A stretch of 64,000 nt of DNA from Clostridia bacterium (GTDB taxonomy: Bacteria > Bacillota > Clostridia > TANB77 > CAG-508). The notes under the pieces are model-generated. The model did no database searches and was not told where the DNA came from. It saw nothing but the letters and a program-made list of their open reading frames with translations. Below, one piece after another: positions 1 through 10,558 of this stretch. The stretch covers positions 2,069 through 66,068 of the forward strand of contig JBKXSZ010000003.1 of NCBI GenBank assembly GCA_047017005.1, read 5' to 3'. The translations under genes and the position numbers were made by a program. Positions within the stretch are counted from its first letter, which is position 1. Every line of letters starts with the position of its first letter.

Positions 1-303
1 TCTCTATCTAGATTAATGAAAGATGGAATCGGAGAAGGATATACAAGACAAGACCATCAAAAACTAGCAGACCAGTTATTTAGCTCTTACTCGAAAGTAC
101 AAGAGGTAAAAGCACTTGCCAAAGTATTAGGAGAAGGTGATTTATCCAAACTAGATAAACAATATTTGAACTTTGGAAAAACTTTTGAACAAAGGTTTAT
201 AAAGCAGGGGAAAAATGAGAGAAGGACGATAGAAGAGACTTTAGATTTAGCATGGGAAATATTAAAAATATTACCAGAGGAAGAATTAAACAAGTTACAT
301 TAA
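1..303 (+). CDS. ntpB: V-type ATP synthase subunit B, C-terminal fragment (5' end outside window)
   Basis: Frame 1 is open from base 1. The tail [20 protein letters not shown]...[27 protein letters not shown] resembles the conserved C-terminus of A/V-ATPase B subunits. The subunit D gene follows 12 nt downstream. Confidence 0.8.
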   Translation, partial: SLSRLMKDGIGEGYTRQDHQKLADQLFSSYSKVQEVKALAKVLGEGDLSKLDKQYLNFGKTFEQRFIKQGKNERRTIEETLDLAWEILKILPEEELNKLH

Positions 304-315
304 AGGAGGAAAGCA

Positions 316-930
316 ATGGAAAATGCAACAATGCCTACCAAAACGAATTTAATAAAATTGCAAAATACACTTGCTTTATCCAAACAAGGCTCAGAACTCT
401 TAGAAAAGAAAAGACAAATTCTTATTCGTCAAATGCAAAAACAGGAAGAAGAGATGAAGAAAAGAAATGAAGAGGCAGTTCAGCTTTTCAAAGAAGGGTA
501 TCAACTATTGGAAAATGCGAATATGGAAATAGGGATTGAAACAATGATGCAGTTAGCAGATGGAATGCAAGAAGAAAATGGATTAGATATTAAATACCTT
601 ACTATAATGGGAGTGGATATACCTTCTATAGTTTATGAAAAGAAAAAAATGAAAATTCATTATGGACTATACAGTACAACTATCTCGGTAGATAAAGCAA
701 TATTGAAATTTAATGAAATTAAAGAAATTTTGATTGAGCTTGCCCAGATTCAAAATACAGTAGAAAGGCTAAAAGAAAGTATTAATAAAGTACAAAAGCG
801 TTCGAATAGTTTGAAAAATATCCAAATTCCTAAATATCAAGAAGACATTCGACAAATTCAAAATGCCTTAGAAGAGAAAGAAAGAGAAGAATTCGCAAGA
901 CTGAAAGTAATAAAGAAAAATGTAGAATAG
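316..930 (+). CDS. ntpD: V-type ATP synthase subunit D
   Basis: ATG preceded by AAAGGAGGA. The N-terminus PTKTNLIKLQNTLALSKQGSELLEKKRQIL is typical of V-ATPase D. Synteny after subunit B supports the call. Confidence 0.85.
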   Translation: MENATMPTKTNLIKLQNTLALSKQGSELLEKKRQILIRQMQKQEEEMKKRNEEAVQLFKEGYQLLENANMEIGIETMMQLADGMQEENGLDIKYLTIMGVDIPSIVYEKKKMKIHYGLYSTTISVDKAILKFNEIKEILIELAQIQNTVERLKESINKVQKRSNSLKNIQIPKYQEDIRQIQNALEEKEREEFARLKVIKKNVE

Positions 931-1020
931 AAAAAGAAAAAAGCAAAAAAGAAAAAAGCATAAAAAGAGAGGAAAAGCATAAAATGAGAATAAACAAGAT
1001 GTTTGGAGGATTCGAGTTTT

Positions 1021-1792
1021 ATGTTTTTTGTGTTTAATAAAGATAAGATATTATCCTATGTGGCAGCAACTATAATGGTACTTATATTATTTGGTATGGC
1101 AACGCTTTTTACAGTCGATAATGTAAAAACAGTACAAACAGCAGTACAAGAAAAATTATTACCAATTTATTCAGTAGATGTACAGGAGAAAAAAGTAGCT
1201 CTTACTATGAATTGCGCATGGAATAGTGATGATATTGACAGTATTTTAGAGACATTAGATAAAAATCAAGTAAAAATTACTTTCTTTATGGTAGGAGATT
1301 GGATTGATAAATATCCGGAAGCGGCAAAAAAAATAGCACAAGCACGGACATGAATTAGGGAATCATTCGGATACACATCCACATGTTAATAATTTAAGTT
1401 ATGAGAAAAATATAGAAGAAATAAAGAAATGTAATGACAAAATAAAACAAGTAACAGGTCAAACGTGCAAGCTATATCGAGGACCATATGGAGAATATAA
1501 CGATGTTGTATTAAAAGCAGCAGAAGAAAGTCAGATGAAATCAATTCAATGGTCTTTAGATACGTTAGACTATAAAGAATTAACAGGAGAACAAATGTGG
1601 CAACGTTTGGATAATAAAATAAAACCAGGAGATATCATTTTAATGCATAATGGAACCAAACATACAGCAGATAGCTTAGATATGTTATTAAAAAATATAA
1701 AAGCAAAAGGATTAGAAGTCGTAACAGTATCTAACCTTATTTATCAAGATGGATATAAAATAGACAATACAGGAAGGCAAATAAAAACATAA
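1021..1792 (+). CDS. Polysaccharide deacetylase (NodB domain, PdaB-like, N-terminal TM helix), frame-interrupted; needs a +1 shift at in-frame CGG 1345-1347 (candidate recoding, otherwise a pseudogene)
   Basis: The track ORF 1003..1353 ends ...DWIDKYPEAAKKIAQART*. The +1 frame continues GHELGNHSDTHPHVNN...YRGPYGEYN...IILMHNG (NodB motifs) to 1792. The junction sequence is GCA CGG ACA TGA. Confidence 0.75.
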
Positions 1793-1855
1793 AAATGGAA
1801 TAAGTTTCTAGAAAGCTGGTATACTAAAAATAGGATACATTAAAGGAGAAGAAAC

Positions 1856-2386
1856 ATGCAGTTTATTGGAATATTAGCGCCTAGAAAAAAGGAAGCAAGT
1901 CTAAAAAGAAACTTAGAAAATACTTTGAAAAATATAGAAGAAGAAAGGTTTCAGATTCTTACTATTACCATACAAAATATAGAACATTTGAAAAACATCA
2001 AATTTGATACTATATGGATACAGGAAATAGAAAAATGGATGATAGAAGAAAAAGAAAATTTAGAAAAAATTCTATTAAGTGCTACTCTTTTAGTTCTTAA
2101 TACAGACCATAAAATGCAATTTACAATCTTAAAGGAAAAAGAATTAACCTATATCACATATGGCTTAAATCCCAAAGCTACTATTACAACTTCTAGTATG
2201 GAAGATGATAAGATATTAGTATGTATCCAGAGAAAAATTCAATTTAAAGATAAAATAATAGAACCACAGGAAATATGGATGGAAAAATATAAGCAACATT
2301 TTGATTTAAGTGATCAATTAGGAATAATTTCCATACAACTTTTATATACTAGAAACAAGACAATAGTAAAAAATATCCAAATTTAA
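1856..2386 (+). CDS. Hypothetical protein (176 aa)
   Basis: ORF with AAAGGAGAAG RBS. I do not recognise a family. Confidence 0.5.
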   Translation: MQFIGILAPRKKEASLKRNLENTLKNIEEERFQILTITIQNIEHLKNIKFDTIWIQEIEKWMIEEKENLEKILLSATLLVLNTDHKMQFTILKEKELTYITYGLNPKATITTSSMEDDKILVCIQRKIQFKDKIIEPQEIWMEKYKQHFDLSDQLGIISIQLLYTRNKTIVKNIQI

Positions 2387-2513
2387 CTTTTTATGTAGAC
2401 AAAAGAAAAAAAAGGTAGTATAATAGGGTTATACGAGAGCATTTACTATTCTAAAAGAAAAACACAATGAATAAAATACAATAGATAAAAAAGAAGATGG
2501 GGAGGAAAAAAGA

Positions 2514-3227
2514 GTGAATACAAATTATTCGGATAATAACCACTTAATATTAGTGGGAAAAGTAACAAGTGAAAAGAAATTTAGTCATGAAATTTATGGA
2601 GAAAGATTTTATATCTTTAATTTAGAAGTACCACGATTAAGTGGAAATTCAGACATTATACCAATTACTATATCAGAAAGGCTATTAACAGATAATAATC
2701 TAGAAATAGGAAAAAAGGTATTAATAAAAGGACAATTTAGATCATATAACAGCTATGAAAATGAAAAGAACAAGTTAATTCTTACGGTGTTTGCAAAAGA
2801 TTTAATGGAATCAGAAACAGAAGAAATTGAAGGGGAAGAGAAAGAAAATACAGACCCTAAAGAGAATGTATCCAATGAAGTTATTTTAAATGGGTACATC
2901 TGTAAAAAACCAATTTATCGTCAGACACCATTTGGCAGGGAAATTGCAGATATCCTATTAGCTGTAAATAGGGCATATAATAAGTCAGACTACATTCCAG
3001 CAATTGCGTGGGGAAGAAATGCAAGATTTTGCCAAAACTTAGAAGTAGGTACTGCTGTAAAAGTAACAGGAAGAGTACAGTCTAGAACCTATGAAAAGAA
3101 ATTTGCAGATGGAACAATAGAAACAAGAGTAGCCTATGAGGTATCAATTGGAAGCTTAGAAGTAGTAAATGAGGAAAATAACAATAAAGAACAAGAAGAG
3201 GGAAAAGAAGAAAAAGAGGCAATTTAA
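2514..3227 (+). CDS. SSB/PriB-like protein with two tandem OB-fold-like halves and an acidic tail
   Basis: GTG start after GGGGAGG. The second half ILNGYICKKPIYRQTPFGREIADILLAVNR...YIPAIAWGRNARF...VKVTGRVQSRTYEKK looks like an SSB-type OB fold. The C-terminus is Glu/Lys-rich. Confidence 0.55.
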   Translation: MNTNYSDNNHLILVGKVTSEKKFSHEIYGERFYIFNLEVPRLSGNSDIIPITISERLLTDNNLEIGKKVLIKGQFRSYNSYENEKNKLILTVFAKDLMESETEEIEGEEKENTDPKENVSNEVILNGYICKKPIYRQTPFGREIADILLAVNRAYNKSDYIPAIAWGRNARFCQNLEVGTAVKVTGRVQSRTYEKKFADGTIETRVAYEVSIGSLEVVNEENNNKEQEEGKEEKEAI

Positions 3228-3269
3228 AAATAAAATAAAGTAAAGAAAAAAAGAATAAATAAAAGGGAT

Positions 3270-3318
3270 AAAGAGTTTAAAAAATATATTAAAAAGATAT
3301 ATTTCTTAAACTCTTTTT
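3270..3318 (+). terminator. Rho-independent terminator after the SSB-like gene
   Basis: Long inverted repeat AAAGAGTTTAAAAAATATAT / ATATATTTCTTAAACTCTTT followed by a T run. Confidence 0.55.
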
Positions 3319-3379
3319 GATATAATAAGGAAGAAAAAAGAGAAGACAAAAAAATAGAAAGAAGAGAGGTGTAAAGATT

Positions 3380-4114
3380 ATGATATTAAAAACGATTACT
3401 TTTAACATGCATCATGGTGAGGGAAACGATAGAACCTTAGATGTAAAAAGACAAGCGGAATTTCTAAAACAATACCAACCAGATGTCGTGTTTTTACAAG
3501 AAATTGATATGTACACAAAACGATCTGGAAATGTAAATCAAATTTATGAATTTAGTCAAGCAATTGGACTAAAATATTGCTCAATGGAAACCAATATAAT
3601 GCTAGAAGGTGGATATTATGGAGATGGAATTGTATGCCGCTTCCCAATTGACTTTTCTACCAATTATTTAATGCCCCTAACGGACATTACCCATGAACAA
3701 AGAGGAATTTTAAGAAATAAAATATCTTTTGGAACAACAAAACTAAATCTATTTTCAGTTCATCTATCCACACATGAAGAAGAACGAATATTAGCAGCAA
3801 AACAGTTAAACAAAATTGTAAAGAACATTGATAAAAAGGAAATCATTATTGTTGGAGGAGACTTTAATGTTGGAAAGATAAGATTAGGAAAAGGGAACTA
3901 TATCTACCAAAAGAAAGATAAATTTCAGGAATATGAGATAATAAAACAAGAATTAAATCGTTTAGCAAATACGGAAGATACATGGAAATCAGAAAATGGA
4001 ACTGCTTGTATAGATACGATGTTTTACTGTGATAATGTGCAATTAATAGACTTTAAGACCATACAAACAGAACTTTCAGACCATAATGCTGTATATGCAG
4101 AATATGATATCTAA
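3380..4114 (+). CDS. Endonuclease/exonuclease/phosphatase (EEP) family protein
   Basis: ITFNMHHG..., VVFLQEID, FSVHLS, VGGDFN and a C-terminal SDHNAV are the EEP catalytic motifs. Confidence 0.7.
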   Translation: MILKTITFNMHHGEGNDRTLDVKRQAEFLKQYQPDVVFLQEIDMYTKRSGNVNQIYEFSQAIGLKYCSMETNIMLEGGYYGDGIVCRFPIDFSTNYLMPLTDITHEQRGILRNKISFGTTKLNLFSVHLSTHEEERILAAKQLNKIVKNIDKKEIIIVGGDFNVGKIRLGKGNYIYQKKDKFQEYEIIKQELNRLANTEDTWKSENGTACIDTMFYCDNVQLIDFKTIQTELSDHNAVYAEYDI

Positions 4115-4238
4115 AAAAGATTATAAAAAAATTGCGGAAAAAAGAAATGGAGAGAAACGAAAGAAAGATATTGTAACCATTTCTTTTCTATGATAAGATT
4201 AGCAATATAAAAATATAAGAACAAAAGGAGAATATGCA

Positions 4239-5936
4239 ATGAAAAAAGAAAAAACGGAGGAAAAAAAGATAAAGATAAAAAAAGAACTTAGCGAAAAACA
4301 AATCAGTAGAAGATTTAACATCGTAGCAATTCTTTGCATTATTATTTTTTGTTTTGCAATTGCACCAATTAGCTTACAAAATGATACGTTCTATACTATA
4401 AAAATTGGACAAGATGTCATGCAAAACGGAATTAATATGGAGCATGACCGATACACTTGGCATGACTTACCATATACTTTTCCACATTGGGCTTATGACG
4501 TCTTTATTGGATTTATTTTTAATTGCTTTGGATATTGGGGAATCTATTTTTCTACTATCCTACTAGCTTGTATCTTAGGAATCACTCTATATTTAACCCA
4601 AAGCAAATTAAGCAAAAACAAATTAACATCCTTCCTTATTACAATAGGAGCTATTTATTTATTAAGAAATTTTATTGCAGCACGTGCACAGTTAGTTACA
4701 TTTATTTTATTTACCTTAACAATATATTGTATTGAAATGTTCTTACGAACGAAAAAGAAACGTTATGCAATTAGTCTAGTGATTATACCCATCTTAATTG
4801 CGAACATTCATTTAGCAGTATGGCCATTTTACTTTATTCTATTCTTACCATATGTAGTAGAATATATTATTGCATGGATAAGAAAATCCAGCCTTGCTTA
4901 TGATGTTGATATCAAGAGATTTAAGAAAAAAATCAAGAAATTAACGGAGAATCTTGATCAAAAACCAGATAATAAAGAAAAAATTATAAAACTAGAAAAG
5001 AAAATAGAAAAATTAGAACAAGATAAAGAAAAAAGACAAGAAAGAGTAGAAAAAAGAGATAAAAATCCATATCGACTTGTCATCCATAAAAATGACGCTG
5101 GAAAGTGGCTCATTGTTATTATGCTAATATGTATTTTAACAGGATTATTAACACCATTACAAGGGACACCATATACCTATTTGATTAAGACAATGGAGGG
5201 AAATACAACCCAAAATATCAGTGAACATTTACCACTTACTTTGATTAACTCAAAAGATATTATGTGCTATATTATTATCCTATTAGCAATTTTAATATTT
5301 ACAGATACAAAAATTAAATTGCGAGACTTCTTCATGATAGGAGGCTTATTGCTACTTACCTTCATGTCGAGAAGACAGATGTCCATGTTTGTATTAATTG
5401 GTTCATTTGTACTAAATAACTTAATCTGTTCTTTATTTGATAAATATGACCCAGAAGGAACCAATAAATTCATAAAGCATATGACGTCTAAATTAGGAAT
5501 AGCACTTACTGTAGGAATTGTAGTATTAGCCTCACTTGGAATCTTCATTCCAAAAAGAAATAGTAAATTTATTAGTAAATCTTCTTATCCAGTAGATGCT
5601 GTAGAATACATTAAGAAAAATGTAGACCTAACAACCATGAAAATATTTAATGAGTATAACAACGGAAGTTATTTACTATTACATGATATCCCAGTCTTTA
5701 TTGATTCAAGAGCGGACTTATATACTCCAGAATTTAATAAAGGAAAAGATATCTTCTCAGATTTTATTAATATTTCTAATATTAATATATATTATGAGGA
5801 TAAATTTGAAGAATATGGAATTACCCATGTATTAATCGGAAAGAAATCAAAACTAAATCTCTTACTTTCAAGAGACGATAAATATAAAGAACTATATAGT
5901 GATGATGATTTTGTATTCTATGAAAGAGAAAAATAA
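4239..5936 (+). CDS. Polytopic membrane protein with an internal Lys/Glu coiled insert (possible GT-C-like glycosyltransferase fold)
   Basis: 565-aa ORF with many hydrophobic helices and a charged insert KRFKKKIKKLTENL...EKRQERVEKRDK. The family is not securely recognised. Confidence 0.55.
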   Translation: MKKEKTEEKKIKIKKELSEKQISRRFNIVAILCIIIFCFAIAPISLQNDTFYTIKIGQDVMQNGINMEHDRYTWHDLPYTFPHWAYDVFIGFIFNCFGYWGIYFSTILLACILGITLYLTQSKLSKNKLTSFLITIGAIYLLRNFIAARAQLVTFILFTLTIYCIEMFLRTKKKRYAISLVIIPILIANIHLAVWPFYFILFLPYVVEYIIAWIRKSSLAYDVDIKRFKKKIKKLTENLDQKPDNKEKIIKLEKKIEKLEQDKEKRQERVEKRDKNPYRLVIHKNDAGKWLIVIMLICILTGLLTPLQGTPYTYLIKTMEGNTTQNISEHLPLTLINSKDIMCYIIILLAILIFTDTKIKLRDFFMIGGLLLLTFMSRRQMSMFVLIGSFVLNNLICSLFDKYDPEGTNKFIKHMTSKLGIALTVGIVVLASLGIFIPKRNSKFISKSSYPVDAVEYIKKNVDLTTMKIFNEYNNGSYLLLHDIPVFIDSRADLYTPEFNKGKDIFSDFINISNINIYYEDKFEEYGITHVLIGKKSKLNLLLSRDDKYKELYSDDDFVFYEREK

Positions 5937-5951
5937 AAAAGGAGTAAAAAT

Positions 5952-6527
5952 ATGAATCAAGAAAAAGAACAGGAAATAAAAATAGAAGAAAAAAACAAAA
6001 AACAAATAAGTAAAACTACTGTCCTATTACTTATCTTGATTCTTGTTTTCATTTTAATAGACCAAATTAGTAAATTAGTTGTTGGAAACATGGTCTCGGA
6101 GGGAAATAAAGTTATCCTACCAAATGTTTTAGAATTTACATACGTAGAAAATAGAGGAGGAGCATTCGGGGTAGGACAAAATGATTTTGTAACATTTCTT
6201 ATTACTAATATTATTGTACTAGGAATTATTGCAAAATTTGCTTTTTCTCAAAACACGGTAATGGAAACAAAAGTAAGAGTGGTTTTAAGCTTTATCTTAG
6301 CAGGTGGTCTAAGTAATGTAATAGACCGAATCTTTAGAGGATTTGTATTTGACTTTATTGATTTTTCACCAATGATACATCATTTTCCTGTTTTTAATAT
6401 AGCGGATTGTTTCATTATATTAGGATGGATATTGGTAGTAGCATTTTTTGCTGGATATAGCTGGAGAGAAATTAAAAAGAGTAGCGAAAGTAAAAAGCAG
6501 AAAAAAGAGAAAGAAAAAGGAAAGTAA
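5952..6527 (+). CDS. lspA: Lipoprotein signal peptidase II
   Basis: The motifs YVENRGGAFG, NVIDR and FPVFNIADCFI are the LspA signature. The C-terminal tail is Lys-rich. Confidence 0.85.
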   Translation: MNQEKEQEIKIEEKNKKQISKTTVLLLILILVFILIDQISKLVVGNMVSEGNKVILPNVLEFTYVENRGGAFGVGQNDFVTFLITNIIVLGIIAKFAFSQNTVMETKVRVVLSFILAGGLSNVIDRIFRGFVFDFIDFSPMIHHFPVFNIADCFIILGWILVVAFFAGYSWREIKKSSESKKQKKEKEKGK

Positions 6528-6574
6528 AAGAAGAACAAGACAAACAGCTAAAAAAGACGAAGAGAAAATAGAAA

Positions 6575-6606
6575 GTAGGTACCGTTTTATGAGTACCTAT
6601 TTTTTA
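6575..6606 (+). terminator. Rho-independent terminator after lspA
   Basis: TAGGTAC-N10-GTACCTA hairpin followed by TTTTTT. Confidence 0.6.
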
Positions 6607-6716
6607 TTTTCTAAAAATATAGTATAATAAGAAAGAGATTAAAAAATTTAAGATTATAAAATCCTCTAATGAGTATATAGATAAAAAAGAGAAAGGCAAA
6701 GGGAGAATAAAAAGGT

Positions 6717-7640
6717 ATGAAAACATATCAAGTAAAAAAAGAAGAAACAGGACAAAGAATAGATCGTTATTTAGCTACTGTAGGAAAATACTCAAGAACA
6801 GCGATTCAAAGATTAATACAAGAAGAGAAAATACAAGTAAATAAGAAGAGCCAAAAGCCATCGTATAAGGTGCAGGAAGGAGATATTTTAACCGTAGAAG
6901 AAGAAAAACCAGTAGAAACTTCTTTAAAAGCACAGGATATCCCAGTAGAGGTTATTTATGAAGATAAGGACATTATTGTTGTAAATAAACCAAAAGGAAT
7001 GGTAGTACATCCTGCAAATGGAAATCCAGATGGAACATTAGTAAATGCGATTCTTTCTATATGCAAAGACAGTCTTTCGGGCATTGGAGGAGAGATAAGA
7101 CCCGGAATTGTACATAGATTAGACAAAGATACTTCTGGATTACTTATCATAGCTAAAAATGATGAGAGCCATATAAAAATGAGTGAACAGATAAAGAATA
7201 GAGAAGTAAAAAAAATATATATCGCGCTTGTAAGAGGGAATGTGAAAGAAAAAGAAGCAACAATAGATATGCCAATAGGAAGAAGTACAAAAGACAGAAA
7301 GAAAATGGCGGTAACGAAAAAAGGTAAAAATGCAGTAACACATTTTAAAGTATTAGAAAGATTTAACGGATATACACTATTAGAAGTCCGAATAGAAACT
7401 GGTAGAACACATCAAATAAGGGTACATTTATCAGAAATTGGATATCCAATAGTAGGAGATATGGTATATTCCAATGGAAAAAATCCATTTGGAGTGGAAG
7501 GGCAAATGCTACATGCACAAAAACTGCAATTTAAACATCCTATTACAGGGAAAGAGTTAATATTAGAAGCACCTATTCCAGAGTATTTTAAAAAGGTACT
7601 AGAAAGTCTAGAAAAAGAAAAGCTAGAAATCAATAGCTAA
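6717..7640 (+). CDS. rluD: RluA-family 23S rRNA pseudouridine synthase (RluD-like) with an S4 domain
   Basis: N-terminal S4-like segment RIDRYLA. Catalytic HRLDKDTSGLL and THQIRVH motifs. lspA-rluD synteny supports the call. Confidence 0.85.
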   Translation: MKTYQVKKEETGQRIDRYLATVGKYSRTAIQRLIQEEKIQVNKKSQKPSYKVQEGDILTVEEEKPVETSLKAQDIPVEVIYEDKDIIVVNKPKGMVVHPANGNPDGTLVNAILSICKDSLSGIGGEIRPGIVHRLDKDTSGLLIIAKNDESHIKMSEQIKNREVKKIYIALVRGNVKEKEATIDMPIGRSTKDRKKMAVTKKGKNAVTHFKVLERFNGYTLLEVRIETGRTHQIRVHLSEIGYPIVGDMVYSNGKNPFGVEGQMLHAQKLQFKHPITGKELILEAPIPEYFKKVLESLEKEKLEINS

Positions 7641-7815
7641 GAAACAAGAAAAAATCAAATCCGGCACAAAAATGTACCGGACAATCTATATAAACTTTTT
7701 ACTGCGGATTTTCGCAATAAAAAGAAGTAAAAAAGCAATACAAGAATAGCTACTTCAATATATCATATGAAAGAAAAAAAGAAGTGCTACTAAAATAAGG
7801 AGAAAAAATCAAAAG

Positions 7816-8554
7816 ATGGAGAATAATGTCGAAAATAAAATACGATTACAAAAATATTTAGCAGGGATGCGGAGTCTGCTCGAGAAGAAAAGCAGAAGAA
7901 TACATTTTAGCAGGGAGAGTTATGGTAAATGGGAAGGTCGTAACAGAATTAGGAACAAAAATACATCAGGGAAAAGATAAAGTGGTAGTAGACCAAAAAG
8001 AAATAAAAGAAGATCAGATGCAAAATGTATATATTCTATTAAATAAGCCTATTGGTTATGTAACAACAGCAAGAGACCAGTTTAATAGAGACACTGTATT
8101 AGATTTAGTTAAAGATGTAAAGAGAAGATTGGTACCAGTAGGAAGATTAGATATGTATACATCTGGAGCACTTGTTTTAACAACAGATGGAGATTTTGTA
8201 TATCATTTAACACACCCAAAACATGAGGTAGAAAAAACTTATACGGTAACGGTAAAAGGAGAAGTAACGCAAGAAGAAGTAGAGAAATTAAGAAAAGGTG
8301 TAAAAATTGAGGAATATACAACGAGACCAGCTAAGGTGAAAATATTAAAGATAGATAAAGAGAAAGAAATATCTAGATTAGAAATTACAATTCACGAAGG
8401 AAAAAACAGACAAGTCCGAAAAATGTGTGAAGCGATTGATAAAAAAGTATTATCACTACATCGAAGCAAAATAGGAGGAATAGGAGTAAAAGATTTACCG
8501 ATAGGGAGCTGGAGATATTTGACTAAGCAAGAAGTAAAAGAACTAATGAAATAG
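7816..8554 (+). CDS. rluB: RsuA/RluB-family pseudouridine synthase with an S4 domain, frame-interrupted; needs a +1 shift at in-frame CGG 7870-7872
   Basis: ATG 7816 gives MENNVENKIRLQKYLAGM. The +1 frame then gives GVCSRRKAEEYILAGRVMVNGKVV... (S4 motif LAxxGxxSRR) and GRLDMYTSGAL, ending at 8554. The track ORF 7922..8554 is only the internal-Met part. Confidence 0.75.
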
Positions 8555-8715
8555 AGATGAAAGAAGATAAGTAAAAGTAGGAAAAACAAGAAAAGAAACG
8601 AATAAATCTTGCAAGAAACCTTGTAAATAAAAAGGAATATCGATATAATACCGATATAATGATAATAAAAACGAAAAAAAGAAAAGGAAACTACAAAAGA
8701 TAAGGAGAAGCTATT

Positions 8716-9517
8716 ATGGAATATCAAAAGTTTATTCCGGAAGGCTGGAACGAACAATTAGAACCGATTCATGTCAATAATGTGGAGAATCTTCTACAAG
8801 AAGGAAAAGTTATGCAAGGATATGTTACAAAATGCGACCCTAGCTATAACCTTTATGTAGAATTAACACCGCCACTAATTGGTGTAATACCAAGAGAAGA
8901 AGTGGAAGCAATTAATATTGATGAAACCGGATTCCCAAAACCGAATATTTGTATTAATAAGGTCAATACCCTTTTACAATTTAAAATAAAAGATAAAATC
9001 GGAGACACTGTTATTTTATCTCGAAAAGAGGTAGGAAAAGAGGCGATTCAATGGCTAAAGGAAGAACTGAAAGTGGGACAAATAGTCCATGGCATCGTAA
9101 AGAATATAAGGCCTTATGGAGTATTTGTGGAAATAGGAGGACGGAATTGTTGGATTATTGCATATTGAAGATATCTGTGTAGCAAGAATAAAATCACCAT
9201 CAGAACGCTTCAAAATTGGACAAAAAATTGATGTTATGATAAAATATATAGATGAAAAGCAAAATCGTCTGATGTTGACCTATAAAGAGTTACTAGGAAC
9301 ATGGGAAGAAAACATAAAAGATTTTAAAGAGGGTTCTACTGTGATTGGAATCGCAAGAGAAACAGAAAAGTCCAAAAATGGAATTTTTATTGAATTAAAA
9401 CCGAATTTAGTAGGTATGGCAGAATACAAAGAAAGTATACAATACGGCCAAAAGGTGCGTGTGTATATAAAAAGAATTATACCAGAGAAGAAAAAAATAA
9501 AGTTAAATATTATATAA
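8716..9517 (+). CDS. S1 RNA-binding domain protein (YabR-like, tandem S1 domains), frame-interrupted; needs a +1 shift at in-frame CGG 9142-9144
   Basis: ORF 8716..9168 ends ...GIVKNIRPYGVFVEIGGRNCWIIAY*. The +1 frame reads GIVGLLHIEDICVARIKSPSERFKIGQKIDV..., which is the S1 motif GxFVxIgg..GLlHisd. Confidence 0.7.
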
Positions 9518-9534
9518 TAAAAGGAGGATATAAA

Positions 9535-10479
9535 ATGATAGAAGATAACGAAATTAAAGCAGTTGTTTCTCCATTTGCAATTCGAGAAGGCGAAATTAAA
9601 ACATTTGATGGAAAAGACGGATATGTATCCATGAACCAAATCGTTCATAAAATTAATATGGGACATATCAATGAACTGCACTTTCACATACTAGAATTAG
9701 TAAATGAATTTGAATTTATCACTTCTAGACAAATATATCAAATGCTAGAGTGGAAGGGTATTGAAGTAAAGTCACAAGACAAATTAAATAACAAACTAGA
9801 ACAATTAGTAAAATCTAAAATATTAACTAGATATTATTTTACTTCAGAAGAAGGAAAAGGAATTTACCGTATTTATTGTTTAGAAAAGATGGGAAAATAC
9901 CTTTTGAATTCTAGAAATATTGAATGCAAATGGCAACCAACAGATAATACCAAACCAGTTGCTATGATAAAGAAAAGATTAGCTGGAAATCAAACTCTAA
10001 TTGCTTATTTAAGAAAAGTAAAGGCATTTGAAAGTTATGTAGTAAAACCAGCACTTACAGCAAAAACTTTAGGAAAAGTATTTAAAGCTTCTGGTGGCAG
10101 TGTAAAACTTACGAAAAATAAAAAGTCTATCCAATTTGTATTTGAAGTAGTAAGAAGAGAAGAGGATTGGAAGAAGAAATTAATAGAAAGAATGAGATTA
10201 TATCAAGATTTTTATGCTAATTTCCAACCTATGGATTCAGGCTTCCAGATGATGCCACAATTAATTATGGTTTGTGAAGATGACAAACATACTGCAGAAG
10301 TATTTAGAGAAATAGTAACCAATGGAGTAGAAATCCCACAAATAAAACTATATTACACAACAGACTTAAAACAAAATGAACAAACTTTAGAAAAAACGCT
10401 AACAGAATTTAGACTAGATGAAAAAACAAACAAATACAAAATAGAAAATGTAGAACTAAAATTATTAGGCTTAGATTAA
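9535..10479 (+). CDS. Replication-relaxation (Replic_Relax)-like winged-helix protein
   Basis: An N-proximal wHTH-like segment LHFHILELVNEFEFITSRQIYQML...KLEQLVKSKILTRYYF plus a FVFEVVRREEDWKKKLIERMRLYQDFY block resemble the Replic_Relax family. Confidence 0.5.
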   Translation: MIEDNEIKAVVSPFAIREGEIKTFDGKDGYVSMNQIVHKINMGHINELHFHILELVNEFEFITSRQIYQMLEWKGIEVKSQDKLNNKLEQLVKSKILTRYYFTSEEGKGIYRIYCLEKMGKYLLNSRNIECKWQPTDNTKPVAMIKKRLAGNQTLIAYLRKVKAFESYVVKPALTAKTLGKVFKASGGSVKLTKNKKSIQFVFEVVRREEDWKKKLIERMRLYQDFYANFQPMDSGFQMMPQLIMVCEDDKHTAEVFREIVTNGVEIPQIKLYYTTDLKQNEQTLEKTLTEFRLDEKTNKYKIENVELKLLGLD

Positions 10480-10516
10480 AACATAGTTTAAACTAGCCGA
10501 AATATAAACAGAAGAA

Positions 10517-10549
10517 TAAAAAAAGAAGATATATCATCTTCTTTTTTTA
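10517..10549. terminator. Bidirectional terminator between convergent genes
   Basis: AAGAAGAT-ATATC-ATCTTCTT hairpin flanked by an A run and a T run. Confidence 0.65.
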
Positions 10550-10558
10550 TTCTTTTTT

